Shown here one piece after another: positions 37,655 through 50,441 of a stretch of DNA of 64,000 bases. A model generated the notes under the pieces. The model made no database searches and was not told the DNA's origin. It was given only the letters and a program-made list of their open reading frames with translations. The DNA is from Phoronis australis. Its lineage: Eukaryota > Animalia > Phoronida. The stretch lies in NCBI GenBank assembly GCA_002633005.1, contig NMRA01000030.1:1023106-1087105 (forward strand). Reading direction: 5' to 3'. Positions within the stretch are counted from its first letter, which is position 1; every line of letters begins with the position of its first letter. Position numbers and translations under genes: made by a program.

Positions 37655-39182
37655 ATTTCATAAAGGTGGTTTACCGAAACCGGGTTTATAACGTAAACCT
37701 GGGGCTCGTTTCATGAAAAGTGATTTTAAGTCTTGGGCGACTTTCGATGAACCGTAATTCCGTTTTTGGTCTTCGGTCAGAAATTATGTCGGTTTTTTAC
37801 ATAGGTGAGCATACAAACTACTCGTTCACCATCTGTTGTGAATTCACAAATCTAAGCAAGTCGGTGAGCGAAAAACGGTTTTAAAACGAAAAATCGCATC
37901 TTGAAATTGTAATTAGGCATTTATTGTCAATTCGGATACAATTAGGATCTCGTTCACTGGAGAAGACCCTAGTATCATTTGAAAATGTCATTTCACACGT
38001 GCCGGTAAATCGCCGCTGTATTGTCTCTACGGCTTTTGCCGGTTCTCGAATCTAAGACAGACGATCTTCAGTTTTATCTTGTTTAGGTACATTAGATTGC
38101 AAACAATAATAACGAAATTTGTTCCTCAACAGTTTACAATGACATTAGTCCTCAATTTGGGTAATTTATATCTAAAGTAGCAGGCTAACGTTTGGTCTTA
38201 GCTTAGACTGATTTCGGTCTTCAGTAGACCTACAGACCTTTGCCGGTGTTTCCACCACCAAAAACAGGTTTGAAACGTTTTCTCCTGCGGAAAACGGTTT
38301 CGTCACGGAACTGATTAGAGAAAAAAACAATTTTACAAGGAACACGAGAAATGACGCCAAATCACTCCAAGAACGTAATGCTTGGAAAAACATTTGGTCC
38401 AGTCTGGATGCGCAGTTCCCACAATCAGAAAAAAACGTATTTATTGTACAAACAATTGAAGCAGTGTTGGAAACGCTCAAAATAAATGTCAAAAAGAATT
38501 TTTATCTGTGAAAAATTGCAAAAAAGTTGGTGGGGGACCCAATAGGAGATAGAATTGAGTGCTTGAACAGATCTTTCGCTGCCTACAGTCCTATGATCAG
38601 TTCTCGTTTCATTTTCATGCACATGGTAATAAGCATGAAAGAACTCACAGTTTAATATATAGTTACCACAATTTTAGTATTGACCAGTGCATGTGTCGTC
38701 ATTAAACTGAAACATATGGAGTCGAGGCAAGCAATACAATTCCAGCAACCAGCAGTTACAAACAGTTAAGGAAAGAAGAAAAAGGAATTTTCATTCAGTG
38801 AAAAAAGCTGCAAATAAAACCTGTGGGGTATAGTCTATTCTCAAATCAACATAAAATTGCGTTGGCAACTCGCATCAAAATGTCTTTCAGCTACGCGTTT
38901 GATCAAATGCATGTCGCGCAAGTTAGCATCAACCATGTTCAACAGTGTTAAAACTGAGTCTGACCAGATCTAACCTTAAACCTGGTTGAGGAACTTTTAA
39001 ATGCAGCTCCCAGGAATTTAGGCGTCAGTAGTGATATAGAGACAGCCTTAAACCAAGTTTAAATCGAAGTTAAAGCAGGTTTTACTCGATCATTGGTCAA
39101 TAAGAATAACATGCAGATTCTCGTTAAACCAGGTTCAAATCCAATTTAAACCAGGTTTAACTTGAAACCACCTTTACGAAAT
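37655..39182 (+). mobile_element. PIF/Harbinger-like element with decayed Myb/SANT-like ORF
   Basis: Inverted ends atttcataaaggtggttt / aaaccacctttacgaaat; 38255-38545 reads ETFSPAENGFVTELI...NDAKSLQERNAWKNI...QLKQCWKR...KVGGGP across frameshifts. Confidence 0.7.
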
Positions 39183-40606
39183 GAAATTAGATGACAGTGT
39201 TTGCTTTGCACGGCTCGCTCACGGTTGCGGTTTGAATGTTGGTGGAAATGGACTGAAAACATTTGAAGACACTTTTCGTAGTAAATTCGAGACGCCAAAT
39301 TGAAAAAAGGTATTAATCGCCCCCCTTATGTTGCTCTATATGGGCGTTTGTCTCAGTTATTTAGCAAAATCAGAAACGGTTGATGTCAGCAGTCTGATAA
39401 CTGGTCACTCCCCATACTTGTGACCCAAGCTAAAAACTCTGACATTGAAAGTACAGTGGAGGTGAATTGTGCAATAACGACAACTGTGACGCCTGGTGGA
39501 GTCACACATGTATTCAGACATCAACATTTTGACCACATTTTTGTCTCGGCCAATAAATTTTTAAAATGCCTTGTTAAATATCGTTCTCTTTGCGCATTTC
39601 TTCCAGCTAAAAGCACTGCTTCCTTCAACTCTAATGGTACTGTCACTCACCATGGTGTTCCTATCCAGAACATGACAAGCTCTGTCGGTATGTAAAGTAT
39701 GTTCGTCGCCAGTGTTATCTACATTAATCAGTGTGCATCATATGTTACCAGTCCTTCCAAGGTTTTGGCCAAATGTATTGCCACGACTACTAAAATACCC
39801 TCGAAATTTCAAGTAAGCTATACCGAACCCGGATTTAGGGGCAAGGTATCTTGTTTACTAGTCACCATATGTACATTCCATGTCACGTGGCGTGAGTTTA
39901 CCTACAACTTTGAAAATCTTGAAGTATATGCCACGGCTGATGAGATCGGTTTCCATCATCAATTTAAACGAAGTGTGATAAATTATCACAAATAAAGATG
40001 GTTTGAATACTGTACAATTATTTCACATTTCACACCCCAAAATATTGTAGAGAACAGAGGTCGTCATATTTTGGGGCATGAAAACCAACATATTAACCAA
40101 GAATGGTCGTCAATAATTGTTTTATTATGCGATTAGTTCTGGAATGTAATTCATAGAAAGAGATTATGTTTGGGTTTTGGATCGTATGTCGATCACTCAT
40201 TCCGTCAGTCACCTACAAGTTTTTAAACAAAACGTTGCGGAGACATTTTGGAATAACTTTGTTGAGATGCTCGGAATGGGCTAAGGAACAAACAGTTAAT
40301 ATTGATTTGTTGACTTAGTATTACTGGTTATCAACGTCGTAATTTGTTCAATTCTTAAAAGCATGCATCTATAATTTCATTTCGTTCACGTGTCAACTGC
40401 ACGGCTTGTAGTAGCTAGCAACATTCGGCAATGCAAAGTGATGTCCATTTAAGAGAAGCTAATCTGCAAATATTTGGAAAAATGCGGAGAACCAAGTGAC
40501 GCTTTGTGACATAAAACCATTTACTTGATGGGATAATTAAATCAGTTCTTGGACACAGTATGATAAAAAAACGGACGATCGCCGCGCACACATGAAGAAG
40601 TTCATG

Positions 40607-40650
40607 ATAAGTCAACGTTTCGTCTGTTCTGTAGACGTCATCAGGATATT
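40607..40650 (-). ncRNA. Minimal hammerhead-ribozyme-like motif in Penelope 3' region
   Basis: Minus strand CTGATGA c GTCT acagaac AGAC GAAAC GTT; stem I weak. The paralogous motif at 42828-42872 has a C-to-T change in the core. Confidence 0.55.
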
Positions 40651-41170
40651 TACGTAGGACAAAGTGCCAACATACACCTCAGGTGACATCCATGAAGTGA
40701 AATGAGAGATACAGAGTGGTCAGTTGCTGGTCATCACTATAGTTGCAGGGTCCCTGAGCTCTGCATGTTGTTCAGAGAATCAGTAGCATGCTGGTTCTGA
40801 ATGGCCAGTGACTCTTTAATGTACAGTAAATCCTTATTAGTTTCACTGCAGATAACACTAACTGAACTGGCTTGGTGATTGTTGTTTACACAATGCCTAT
40901 ATATGTTGCTTTTCACTGAAGTATGATGTTCTCTCAGCCTGTCACAGAGGCGTCTCTGTGCGAGTCCGATATAAACTTCCTTACAGTTGTTACATTCAAC
41001 CTTATAAACAACATTGCTCTTGTTCAATAAAGAGATGGGTGACTTCAGTTTACATAGCAAACTGGAAATTTTCCGAAGAGGTTTGAAAACAACTATCAGT
41101 TCAATGGCTGGGTCTATGCAATGAATAAGGCGAGATAATTGACGTTTCAATTTTATACTACTAGGCCCGG

Positions 41171-41939
41171 TGTTCTGGCGCAGTGTCAGCGAACAATCGA
41201 GAGAAACACAGGTGATTCTACGTACAGCATAATTCTTTTATTCGTGTGCCGTCAGTACATAGACAAACCCGTAAACTGAAATAAACAAAACCCTGAGTCA
41301 CTACTACGAAATATAATACAAGCACAGGCAGTGACAATATATACAAAACCGTTATTTACATCAACGAAGAAAATGTACAAGTAACGAAATGGCTACATCA
41401 GATAAACTGAATCTTATATGAAAATACTATATACAAAAACGAACCTAATTCATACACAATTCTGCCGTGAGACCGTGACGCAAACTAGATATCAAGTCAC
41501 GCTAAACCTTTACAATAATATGAGCTAGAAACAGACTGGTTTGTGAATTGCAATCTCAAGGTCGCAGCGAACAACGCCCAAACCCTCGACACGAACCACG
41601 AAGGACGAAATACGGCGAAGTAAATAAAGCGAAAATACTGAAACTACACGGGACACGAGAGAATGCATTGCACAAACCAGAATATAACGATAAGCAAAAG
41701 AACACTACTTACATCATGAAAACCCTGCAATCTCGACGACGAAACCAATGACATGCATACACTGCACACAGATAGATACGAAATACGAAATACGAATGAA
41801 TGGAACTGGCGGGTAAAACGCTTTTAAATGTCAGTACCACGTGACAAGTTCACAATCAGGGGGGTACTTGAAAATGAGTACAACAGGAAACAATACTTAA
41901 TATACACAGGCAATATGAATGATTGCGTCTGCAGTAACA
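41171..41939 (-). mobile_element. Solo LTR (BEL/Pao-like), 5-bp TSD CCCGG
   Basis: cccgg|tgtt...aaca|cccgg; AATAAA on the minus strand ~65 bp from its 3' end; empty site in the right Penelope copy (~42305-42320). Confidence 0.85.
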
Positions 41940-42204
41940 CCCGGTGTAACCAAGAGAAAAGAAAACTTTCTTTTTCTCGGGTCCAATAACAGCTACCTTA
42001 TCTGCCTTATTCATTTTTGAAAGGAAGTGAATTTTACAGCTATTCAAAAAATTCAGAAGGTAACCATTGGCACACAATAACTGGAAACTAACTAGCTACG
42101 TCACTATTAAAAATTAAATTGGAGGAAAAAATTCTCCAGGCACGGTGTAACAAGCAATTGACTAGATCTCTCTTGTATTGGATCGGTACAAAACTATCAA
42201 GAAA

Positions 42205-42914
42205 AAATTGAATAGGTGTAAAAGGCACTTCCTTTCAAAAATGAATGAGGCATATAAGGTAGCTGTTATTGGACCCGAGAAAAAGAAAGTTTTCTTTTCT
42301 CTTGGTTACACCGGACCTAGTAGTATAAAATTGAAACGTAAATTATTTCGCCTTATTCATTGCATAGACCCAGCCATTGAACTGATAGTTGTTTTCAAAC
42401 CTCTTTGGAAACTTTCCAGTATGCTATGTAAACTGAAGTCACCCATCCCTTTATTGAACAAGTGCAATGTTGCTTATAAAGTTGAATGTGACAACTGTAA
42501 GGAATTCTATATCGGACTCGCACAGAGACGCCTCTGTGACAGGCTGATAGAACATCACACCTCAGAGAAAAGCAACATATATAGGCATTGTGTTAACAAC
42601 AATCACCAAGCCAATTCAGTTAGTGCTATCTGCAGTGAAACTAATACGGAATTACTGTGCATTAAAGAGTCACTGGCCATTCAGAACTACCATGCTACTG
42701 ATTCGCTGAACAACATGCGGAGCTCAGGGACCCTGCAACTATGGTGATGACCAGCTACTGACTACTCTGTATCTCTCACTTCACTTCATGGATGTCACCT
42801 GAGATGTATGTTGGCACTTGTCCTATGTAAATATCTTGATGATGTCTAACGAAGAGACGAAACGTTGATTTATCATGAACTTCTTCATTTGTGCGGCGAT
42901 CGTCCGGTTTTTAA
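42205..42914 (+). mobile_element. Penelope-like element 3' part (GIY-YIG endonuclease), right copy
   Basis: ORF 42178-42747 NVAYKVECDNCKEFYIGLAQRRLCDRLIEH; inverted near-duplicate of 40563-42050. Confidence 0.92.
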
Positions 42915-43004
42915 TCTTGATGTGATAAAGCGGCCGTTAATGTCGCGTTCTGGACGATGCTGAGTCTATCACATTGAAGAGCAAGCTTTTCTGTTTCTCT
43001 AAAG

Positions 43005-43199
43005 TGAACAAAATATGGACGTGGGGACAGTGGCATCCGTGGACTAGGTGTGATGTCACGTGTGGCCACGGGATCCAGCGAAGAATGAGGATATGCAAAG
43101 AAAGAAGCTGCGAAGGTCTACTCAATCGGGATACCATGGAGCTGAGAAAGTGCATCAAACAACCGTGCAGGATGTGGATACTTCCTGTACCAAACACAG
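43005..43199 (+). CDS. TSR gene 2, exon A1 (TSP1 repeat + linker)
   Basis: Acceptor tttctctaaag|, donor G|gttagg, 195 nt, phase 1-1; VNKIWTWGQWHPWTRCDVTCGHGIQRRMRICKERSCEGLLNRDTMELRKCIKQPC. Confidence 0.88.
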
Positions 43200-43856
43200 G
43201 TTAGGCGTAGCGTGATCATTTTTCCTTCCTCTATTAAAAATTATCCATTTTCCAAAGCTTTGACATCAGCTTTAAATTTTGTCCCACGAATGAATTTAGA
43301 AGGTGACGCAGCGGTTTGGGGTAACCGCATCAAGCGTTTTTGTCAACTGTAACATAACGAACCTGAACTCCTTCCCCTCCTCGTGGATTTGACTTACCCT
43401 CCTATTCGCAGAATTTGCTTTTTGCTCCTTGATTGTGCATTTTAATGGTGGTAGTATACGCACTCACGTAGGATTCACAGGCGACCTTCTGAAGGGGGCG
43501 GGGTAGAAGTGTGGAGGAATCCAGGGAAATAAAAAAACTGTGCCACATCTGACGTTTTGAGCGCTTACGCGGATGTTTTCTCTCGACAGATACTGCATGG
43601 AGATCTTTGGTCAGCTTTAGCTTAGTGGTTTTGAGTGTCCAGTAGAAGAGCCTACCCAACCAGTAAGATATAACTAATGTAGGCTTGCAGTCACTCCGTG
43701 GGCACTCCCCTCCCCCTTCCGTTGCCACTCCCCTCTCCCTTCCATCACATCCTGACAGCCAACGCAACTTAATAGCCAACTGACTGGAACCCGTGCTTCA
43801 CTAGTGTACGGAAATCGGCTTTCTCTTTGTTCACGTTCGAAAAGGAATGGCATAGA

Positions 43857-43857
43857 G

Positions 43858-43924
<67 letters not shown>

Positions 43925-43925
43925 G
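43857..43925. repeat. (TA)n microsatellite
   Basis: Direct observation. Confidence 0.95.
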
Positions 43926-43929
43926 CTGT

Positions 43930-44620
43930 GATCATTGCTTTTTAACTATCATTTGTTATTGTAATATTGTTTTCCTGAAATATCATTCTTCATTTTTGCT
44001 GAAAATTAATTTTTATAGTAATTTAGCAGTACACAAATATGGTGGTGATAATACCACGAAGTACATACACGCAATATATCTTTAATACGCTGCCTCAAAT
44101 TCATATGTACATACATATTCATTAATGTGCGTTATGTAGCTGTAGTGATCATAGTCCTTAATCAAATTATTCCCATCATTGTGTGTGGAGTCGATTGCTG
44201 TACCAACAGGTTGTGGTAAAAGAGAGAGAGCATGTGCAATACAGCAGCTTCTGTGAGACACATGTCTCAGTCTCACACAGTATTGTCTTCCAACAAATGG
44301 AGATTAATACACGTCTCTTATAACGTATCCAGTACCTGGCTCGGTACTGTGCGCAGATCTTGAAATGGTGTTCGACCGATGTATGGAGAAGTAATGTTCG
44401 TAGGCAGAAAATTTCAATGTCCTTCGGACTGGCAAAGTGAAAACGTTCAATAAAATCCTAGCCTCCTCATTTCCTACCATGAGATAAAGTTTTGGACCAG
44501 AAATCGAGATATGTAATCAATTATTTTTCAAAAAGGTATTTCCAACCATGAGTAGCTTTTGTAATAACCGATACCTGTAAATAACAAAAGAAAAACACCG
44601 TAAGATCAAGCACAATTGAC
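43930..44620 (-). mobile_element. Helitron RepHel fragment, copy 1 (pseudogenised, preceded by a splice acceptor)
   Basis: RFHFASPKDIEIFCLRTLLLH / GRTPFQDLRTVPSQVLDT / CINLHLLEDN...CLTEAA matches the Rep-helicase linker consensus (SP..E.F.LR.LL.H..G.TSF.DLRTV...LLEDD..W...L.EA). Confidence 0.8.
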
Positions 44621-44777
44621 CTATCCCAAGAGCCTATCTTTGCCTATAGTCGGCAAAAAACACGCTTTACCTAATAACTCGTTGTTTGTCGGGTAAAACG
44701 GCGTCTTGGAAAGGAAGATGGTTCGAGAATGCTGCGTTCCGATTGGTCAGATGAGGTCAAACTCCTTGGATAAGGTC

Positions 44778-44799
44778 AGAGAGAGAGAGAGAGAGAGAN

Positions 44800-44838
<39 letters not shown>

Positions 44839-44846
44839 AGAGAGAA
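44778..44846. repeat. (GA)n microsatellite adjoining the LINE 3' end
   Basis: Direct observation; contains one N. Confidence 0.95.
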
Positions 44847-47800
44847 ACTTTTATTTTTTAAATCATAGAAAACATACATTGTTATATGACTGGGTGGCCA
44901 GCAAAGGCACGGGCCGCTAATGGCTGACAACTTAGTAGCAATGAATTAAATAAATAATAACAAGTAAGAAGAACAATAGATAACAACAGAAAAAGGTACA
45001 TCTACAATGCATGTTCATTTAAAAGCTTTAATTAACTGTAGTTTGCAAAGAATTAAACACAGAGACTATTGATACTAGGGAAACCGCACAATTAGAAAAG
45101 CATATGATAGAGATGCAAGACAGGTGATCACGATTACTTCAATTACAACATGCATAACAATGTAGAACGTTACACTGAGAGCTGTAAGTGCGTAATATGT
45201 AATTTTGAAATACATGGAGAACCCATGTAAGCTATGCGTGTCGATTTTGTCGATACAGTTGGTTAATAGATTTACTTTTTCTGTTGTAGGTGGGCGGTTA
45301 GATGGGTTGTTAACTACATATTCTAGGAAGATCTCTTGGTGACTGATGGAACTGGAAAAAATGTTATCATAAAAGTAAATAGGCAGTTGATTATGTTTGA
45401 GTTTGTAAAAGAATTTTAGGCAAGCTTGGTTAAATATGTCGTCAAATTTGTTCTGTGCGTGTGTATAAAAACGAAGAATTGGTAATTGTTCTCAAAGCTT
45501 TTGATCTGCAGAAGTTTCAATCTCGTACAATTATTTAAACCCCCATAGTGTTATATTAAAATATAGATGTGATACTATAAGAGCATTGTATGGTGTATTT
45601 GGGAAAACAGTGTTGCAATATGGAGAGGACGCCAGCAGTTTTGGCAATTTTGTTAGAAATTTCCCGAACATGCTTGTTCCAGGAAAACTGTCTGTACAAA
45701 AATACCTAAAAAATTTTAATTTTCAACTCTGTTAATTATTTCAATCTGGTTTTTGATTAGAGGGATGTCAGCTTCGCTGATTTTTTGTGAAAATCTAAAT
45801 AACATAAATTTAATTTTACTTGTGTTGAGAGATAATTTATTGGTATTTAGCCAGTCAAAAACCTGTTGTAGAGTATTATTTATTCTGATAGTTTGATCGT
45901 TGAGGCTAACAGGCATGTGTCGTCTGCGTACATAACGAACTGTGCCTTGCTGGAGAAAGTAATGTCCCTGTGGTACACCTGTAGAAATGTCAAGTTGGGA
46001 CGAAGTGACTTTATCAGGACAGACAAACTACTTTTTATTTTCAAGGTAGCGTTGGAAACAACAAAACTAGTTATTAGTAAACCCGTAATGTATTATTTTT
46101 AGGAGGATATCGCGATAAATGGTGTCAAAGGCTTTAGAAAGATCCATAAATACGGAAATTGAGTTTTATTTTTTTGTAAAGAGAGTGGGCGAATTCAGTA
46201 GCCGCGAGTTCAGTGGAGTAGTTGGGTCTGAAACCACTTATATAAAAGATTGTTATGAGAAAAATAAGAATAGACTTGATCATGAACATTTTTCCAAAAC
46301 CTTTGGACATTGTAGGTAGAATAGATACAGGTCTGTAGTTAGCAAAAGAGTTACTGTCTGTGTCATTACCTATATAAACAGGGAATCTTGGCTACCTTCA
46401 AACTATCAGGGAAAATACCTGTGCGTAAGGATTGTTTTATAATCATAGAAATTGGTTTGAATAATAAGTTCGATTATTCTTCAATAAATGAACATGATAG
46501 GCCATCGCTTTCTTTAGTGGATTTTAATTTTAGGTTTTTCATTACCTTTAGTACTCCGTCATCATCAACGGTTCTAAACTTAAAGAAAAATTCAGAGGAA
46601 CCGTCAAGAAAATTTTCGAAACGTAGATTGCCTATCGGTATTTGAGAAGCCAAATTCTTTCCATAAAATAGTTGTTGAACTCATCACCTATTTTCCAATG
46701 ATCAGTAACGTGTCAAGACGCAGAAGAGGTGATAAATTGAGAGAGAACAGTTCTGAAGGATGAATTAGAAATTACGTTTTTGATAAACATGTCAATTTTG
46801 GCGTAAATCATTTTTGTGCTGCTTGATCTGCTTTTCATAGTGCATACGTTTGGATTCTTTTATTACAGATATATGTATATTGTTATAATTAACCAGTTTT
46901 AACGAGCAAATGCGAGAAAAGATAGAATTAAAAGGTGTGGTTTTCATTTTTAATACAGTTTGCCTCTCACTTTTATTGTTTTTAATACGCCCAATGTAAT
47001 CCAGTGTTTGAGTTTACGTTTATACTTGTTGACACGTTTGGTTTTTGGACTGAAAATGTTGGTTTACCAAATCTAAAATAATTGTTCTTAAGTGACTATA
47101 ATTGTTGTTAGTATTTTGAGACAGGTCGTTATCTAAGAGTAACTCAAAGTCAGTTGAAGCCAAATCAGTTTTAAAATTGGCATGAGATTTTCTACCTTTA
47201 TCTGAATAAATTTAGGTTGACGAGGTTCACTTTTGTTATTAATGTTGAGAGACAAAAATATGGCGAAATGGTCTGATAAAATTACTTAAAAGTATTCCAG
47301 TCTCGGACATGTTCGTGGTTGGAGAGAATTTGGTATAAATTTGATCAATAAGAGTACACGTGTTGTTGGTGAGACGAGTAGGAAGGGTTATCTTAGGAAG
47401 AAGAGACACGTTTAACGTACAGTAAAAAAACTACCAAATTTTGTGTTATTGAAAGTTTGTAGTAAATTGACATTGAAGTCACCTTCTTTAGCAATGAACT
47501 TTGAAATTGTTAGAATAAAGTCATCAAAGTGTCTCTCAGTATTCGACGGGGTCTATATATGTTAAATATGGTGGGATGTTTACCAATGCTCAATTTCACT
47601 TTGATTACTAAACCTTCAAATGTCTATGTATTATTAATTATTTCAAAATTGTATCTCTGGCGTAAATAACAAGCCCCCATGTTTGAAACAGTCAGGTTCT
47701 AAGTATTTTTATCATATTGTAACCTTCTAAATTGTAAAAACTGTAACTGCGTCCAATATCATTGTGCAGGGATTTTTTGTTTGTAAAAAATTCATGCTCA

Positions 47801-47910
47801 TCACAAGTATCGAACAAATTATACAGATTATTAGCGGAGGCCACTCCGTGATTGACAAGCACATAATCAGAGTTTAACACGTGATCACCTGTCCCATCAT
47901 TACTCATGGT
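44847..47910 (-). mobile_element. Decayed CR1/L2-group LINE ORF2 (APE endonuclease + RT)
   Basis: GDFNVNLL, PTRLTNNTCTLIDQIY, SDHFAIF (APE); NYRPVS, FMDLSKAFDTI, MYADDTCL, WLNTNKLSLNTSKIKFMLF (RT). Confidence 0.88.
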
Positions 47911-49756
47911 GGGCGTGTATGTAGAATCAAATAATCGTGCAGTTCCCTAGTATGCAAGTACATGGCAAAAATACATACATTTCAGATACAATCTAAAGCG
48001 ATTATAGAATTTAAATGAAAAATGATAAGCACCAGTATTGAATGCATTATTTATAAACTTGAAACGCTGTCACTGAATTATCTGTTTGGAAAACGGCCTC
48101 ATGGGGCCATTTATTTCTCGCTGCATCACAATAAATTTTGATCCTGTTAAAAACAATGTTTAAAGTCTCCCAGGGTAGACATGGGGCTATTTTTGGGATC
48201 AAAATATAATAACACACCTGGTGCTTAAGAGCCAGAAGTCGCGTTTTAATGAACTGCTTTCAGGAGTCGCCACGCATACAAGTTGAATTGTGCATGTATA
48301 CAAAAACCATTTTGGTAACAGCAAACACCACAGTTCGAGTGGCTCATTTTGACGTTATCATTGGACAAAAATCGTCATGTTTACACCGTGTGTCAAGACA
48401 CATGAAAAAAGTATAACTTACCGAAAAAACATTCGATGGGGTTTGTCAAAGATGAAACAAATCCATCTATTTTTCCTTGCTACGTTCACCGAAAAAAGAT
48501 GGCAAAATCACCAGAACATTGGCATTTTTGGCTCATTTTATCAGAAATCGCAAGGAACGAAAAAGAAGAAAAGAATCAAAATGCGCATGGCTTGTAGATT
48601 TAAAAAATAGGTTAAAATTTGTCATTTACCAAGATACAGCCTGTCAATTTCCACTTTTCTGAAGGATACCTGTATTCGCAACAAAATTCCCCCTGAACAA
48701 GGATGTGCTCTGAAAATGACGCGACCTCGGTATCCAGGCTCATAAGAGCAGAGGTCAAATTTCTGGACTTCATATACTCAAAACAATCTCTTTCCATTTA
48801 GTCCACAAAGTTGCCGTCAAATTTGACCCACCCCATTTTCTACAAAGTCCAGAATCGTACCCTTAACAATTCTGTAAGTTTCTGTATACCAACCACTTAG
48901 TTGAAACTCAATTTTCGTTAAGTTAAAGATAAGGACTAAAATCTTAAGATATTTAACTTTAAGTGAAAACTTAAGTCAAAGAAAAGATAAGGGAATCATA
49001 AGGATAAGGACAAGAAAAACTAGAGAAAATTCGGAATACGGCCCCAGGTATCCTTATTCTAAAGTTTTGTAGGACCACAGAAAAATGATCAAATTTGGTC
49101 AACTTCGGGGCATCATATTTTAGTAGTGGTTGATTGGATTACACAATTTTTAGATACTGTAATTTATCCCATACGCGTCGAATCTGTCGAGGTAAATACG
49201 GCCATGTAATAATGATTTCCGTATTCACTCCCGCACTACTTCAACAGTGCCCTCTGACATGGAAAGATCAAAAGGTAGGCCAATGTCGACTCGACACAGT
49301 TAGCCGATTCGTTCACAAAACTTCCGGAAAATAGTTTAAAGTAATACAATTATAGCAGTGCAGATAACGCTCAACATACAATCAGGTCTCAATCGTAACA
49401 TCTGGAACAAGACTGTTAATTTTATGACACTTCAGTCTCAGTTTTCATTTGCTAAATATTTTATAGTGTGCAACTCAGGCGCCGATTCCTCGATAAATTT
49501 AATATCAAATATTGTTGTTATTTAACTATTTTCAGGAGATGTTACAAAATCAATGAAAAGTTACCCTTGTTTTCATCTTTTGCATCCCTTTTCACGTAAT
49601 AAATCGTCACATTTAAAACTGTCACTTGAGAAAACTTGCAACCTAACGCGCAAGTTCATACATATAGGATGTGATCCGCCACGTGAACAGTCTGAGTGAA
49701 GTATTTAAAAAATCTGTGGAAACATTAAACAAACTTAGGAATTCGAAGCGTACGGG

Positions 49757-49852
49757 ATAAATACAAAACGTACCTGGATTGGCGTACATGAAGTAATATC
49801 CCATCTGATATTATTCCATGTACGCCACTCTCGGTACGTTTTGTGTATTTAT
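49757..49852. repeat. ~96-bp palindromic hairpin element; half-copy at ~26050-26098
   Basis: ataaatacaaaacgtacctggattggcgtacatgaagtaatatc / gatattattccatgtacgccactctcggtacgttttgtgtatttat. Confidence 0.8.
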
Positions 49853-50249
49853 GCACTGGTTTCTAAAACGCTGCTAAAATTATTTTAAAACCACTTTTGT
49901 AGGAAAAGTTATCCAAATAGGACGTTGGTTAGTTTTATGAAGTAAGTTGCATGAACCAAAAACGAAATGGTAATTAAGAAAACTGAAACAACGTTTATAA
50001 GATTTCGTCATAAAGATTCATATCAAACGGATTTTAGTTCGTCACCCAATCAAAGCATATTGTCTAAAGGCTTTTGCACTTCCACAAAACGTATGATTTC
50101 ACTGAATTATATTTAAGTTTTTTAGGTATTTGAATTAATGAAATGAATTCTCGATAAGGACCAACATAAACTTAAGGGCGCTGTGTCTAGTAACTCACTT
50201 CGTTTCCAGTCTTTACGAGGTATACTCACTGGATGACTTTATGTTAAAG

Positions 50250-50441
50250 TGGACGTGAAATCGACTTGGGGGGAGTGGCATCCATGGACTACGTGTGACG
50301 TCACGTGTGGTCCTGGTGTACAAAGAAGAATGAGGGTGTGCATATCAATTACCTGTGAGGAGCCATTGGTGTTGCGCCGGGAAAACATAGAACTTAGAAG
50401 CTGTAACGAACAACCGTGTCAGGCATCTGCATCAATCACAG
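50250..50441 (+). CDS. TSR gene 2, exon A2 (TSP1 repeat + linker)
   Basis: Acceptor ttatgttaaag|, donor G|gtaggg, 192 nt, phase 1-1; KSTWGEWHPWTTCDVTCGPGVQRRMRVCISITCEEPLVLRRENIELRSCNEQPC. Confidence 0.87.

Larger units (their letters stand above)
40563..42085 (-). mobile_element. Penelope-like element 3' part (GIY-YIG endonuclease), left inverted copy, interrupted by a solo LTR
   Basis: NVVYKVECNNCKEVYIGLAQRRLCDRLREH...IKESLAI; ORF pieces 41856-42077 and 40737-41150 join once the insert is removed. Confidence 0.92.

Noticed and set aside
43804-44085. ORF with IYIYIY repeat
   Set aside because: Translation of a (TA)n microsatellite.
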